Below are positions 17,206 to 18,033 of a stretch of 18,033 nt of DNA, piece after piece; positions within the stretch are counted from its first letter, which is position 1; every line of letters begins with the position of its first letter. Made by a program: the position numbers and the translations under genes. Under the pieces are notes generated by a model, which saw nothing but the letters and a program-made list of their open reading frames with translations, searched no databases and was not told where the DNA came from. The stretch is from Pseudomonadota bacterium (GTDB lineage Bacteria; Bdellovibrionota; Bdellovibrionia; Bdellovibrionales; SG-bin7): assembly GCA_034439715.1 (NCBI GenBank), contig JAWXAY010000014.1, forward strand, positions 1 through 18,033, read 5' to 3'.

Positions 17206-17942
17206 GGAAATGGGAGCCAATTCCAGAAATCAAGTTTGCAGCTAAGTCGGGCTTTCTCACGAAGGATCTATGGAATGAGTTTTTTGCACGCGGCAGTCAG
17301 AGCTGGAGGTATAAGCTATGGGATTCTTTAACCGAGCAAAAGATATTTTTTCCGCACTACGAAAAATTTGCTTCCGGCGTGATAATCTTAAACAAGAGAC
17401 ACCAGTTAGTTCAACAAGTGGTTGGTGAGGAGCTAGTTACTCCGCCTTTTATTTCACAGTTGAATCACGATGAGTGTCTCGCAAAAATCGTATTGCGGAT
17501 TTTGAAAGCTGGGATTGCGACGAATTACAGACTGGAGTCCGAGCTACGAAGACTCAGCTCGGGGCTTAAACGTCATTATGGTTCCGAGCAAAAGGAAAAA
17601 CTCCCAGATGCTCTTATCCAATTAGCCAATGAAAAAAAGACCAGAATTGCGATTGAATTGGAGCTGACGAAAAAAGATCCAAAGCGATACCGACACATCA
17701 TGGATGCCTATTCATCATTTCAAAGAGCCGACAAAGTTGTGTTTGTGGTCCGCGAGGACCGTGTTTCACAGACAATTAAACAAGCGATACGGGATTCGTA
17801 TTATCCCGAATGGGAAAGGCCAATTGGTTTTGGCAGACTTGAAGAATGGTTGAACAATCCTGCGCTAGCAAAGATTTCATTTAAAGATGAGATCACCAGC
17901 CTGACTGATTTGACTAAAATAAAGGTGCCCAAGGCCGGATAG
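17202..17942 (+). CDS. Replication-relaxation-like PD-(D/E)XK protein; candidate relaxase
   Basis: LNHD, ESEL, LPDA, RIAIELELTKK...RY pattern as in the replication-relaxation family; last gene of the transfer cluster, after the coupling protein and lipoprotein. Confidence 0.68.
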   Translation: MRKWEPIPEIKFAAKSGFLTKDLWNEFFARGSQSWRYKLWDSLTEQKIFFPHYEKFASGVIILNKRHQLVQQVVGEELVTPPFISQLNHDECLAKIVLRILKAGIATNYRLESELRRLSSGLKRHYGSEQKEKLPDALIQLANEKKTRIAIELELTKKDPKRYRHIMDAYSSFQRADKVVFVVREDRVSQTIKQAIRDSYYPEWERPIGFGRLEEWLNNPALAKISFKDEITSLTDLTKIKVPKAG

Positions 17943-17952
17943 TCTATTGGAG

Positions 17953-17981
17953 AAACATCGGAGAATTATTCTCCGATGTTT
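17953..17981. repeat. Perfect 29-bp palindrome downstream of the relaxase-like gene
   Basis: AAACATCGGAGAAT-T-ATTCTCCGATGTTT: 14-bp arms around one central base, starting 11 nt after the stop codon. Confidence 0.9.
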
Positions 17982-18033
17982 GCAAATTCGTCTGAGCAAT
18001 TAAAATTTTAAACCAAAGAATAAAATCAAAGAG

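Larger units (their letters stand above)
1..18033. mobile_element. Part of an integrative conjugative element (or conjugative plasmid); ends not visible
   Basis: Tyrosine recombinase, VirB-like cluster, coupling protein and relaxase-like gene occur together. No att site, tRNA or host housekeeping gene was seen. Confidence 0.78.

Overview
This looks like part of an integrative/conjugative element (ICE-like) in three blocks. (1) The 3' part of a tyrosine recombinase gene (open from base 1, ending at 690). (2) A minus-strand, translationally coupled five-gene operon (6209->704): compact YcaO-family enzyme, small Sec-signal protein ending in ...NPSCFGSIMNEK, orphan family-5 (OppA/DppA-like) solute-binding protein, membrane histidine kinase and NtrC-family sigma54 activator. 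It is preceded by a canonical sigma54 -24/-12 promoter. (3) A divergent plus-strand region: four small accessory ORFs, a compact type IV secretion/conjugation cluster (VirB2, B3, B4, B5, B6, B8, B9, B10-like and VirD4-like), a lipoprotein and a replication-relaxation-like nuclease, followed by a 29-bp palindrome. The 615-bp gap between blocks 2 and 3 holds five good copies of the palindrome CCACAGA-N3-TCTGTGG, four spaced 92/91/90 bp apart. Main hypothesis (inference): a YcaO-matured secreted peptide is sensed by SBP plus kinase and relayed to a sigma54 activator, which autoinduces its operon and controls conjugation, i.e. RiPP-based quorum sensing of ICE transfer. All family calls come from motifs read by eye; no database searches were run.
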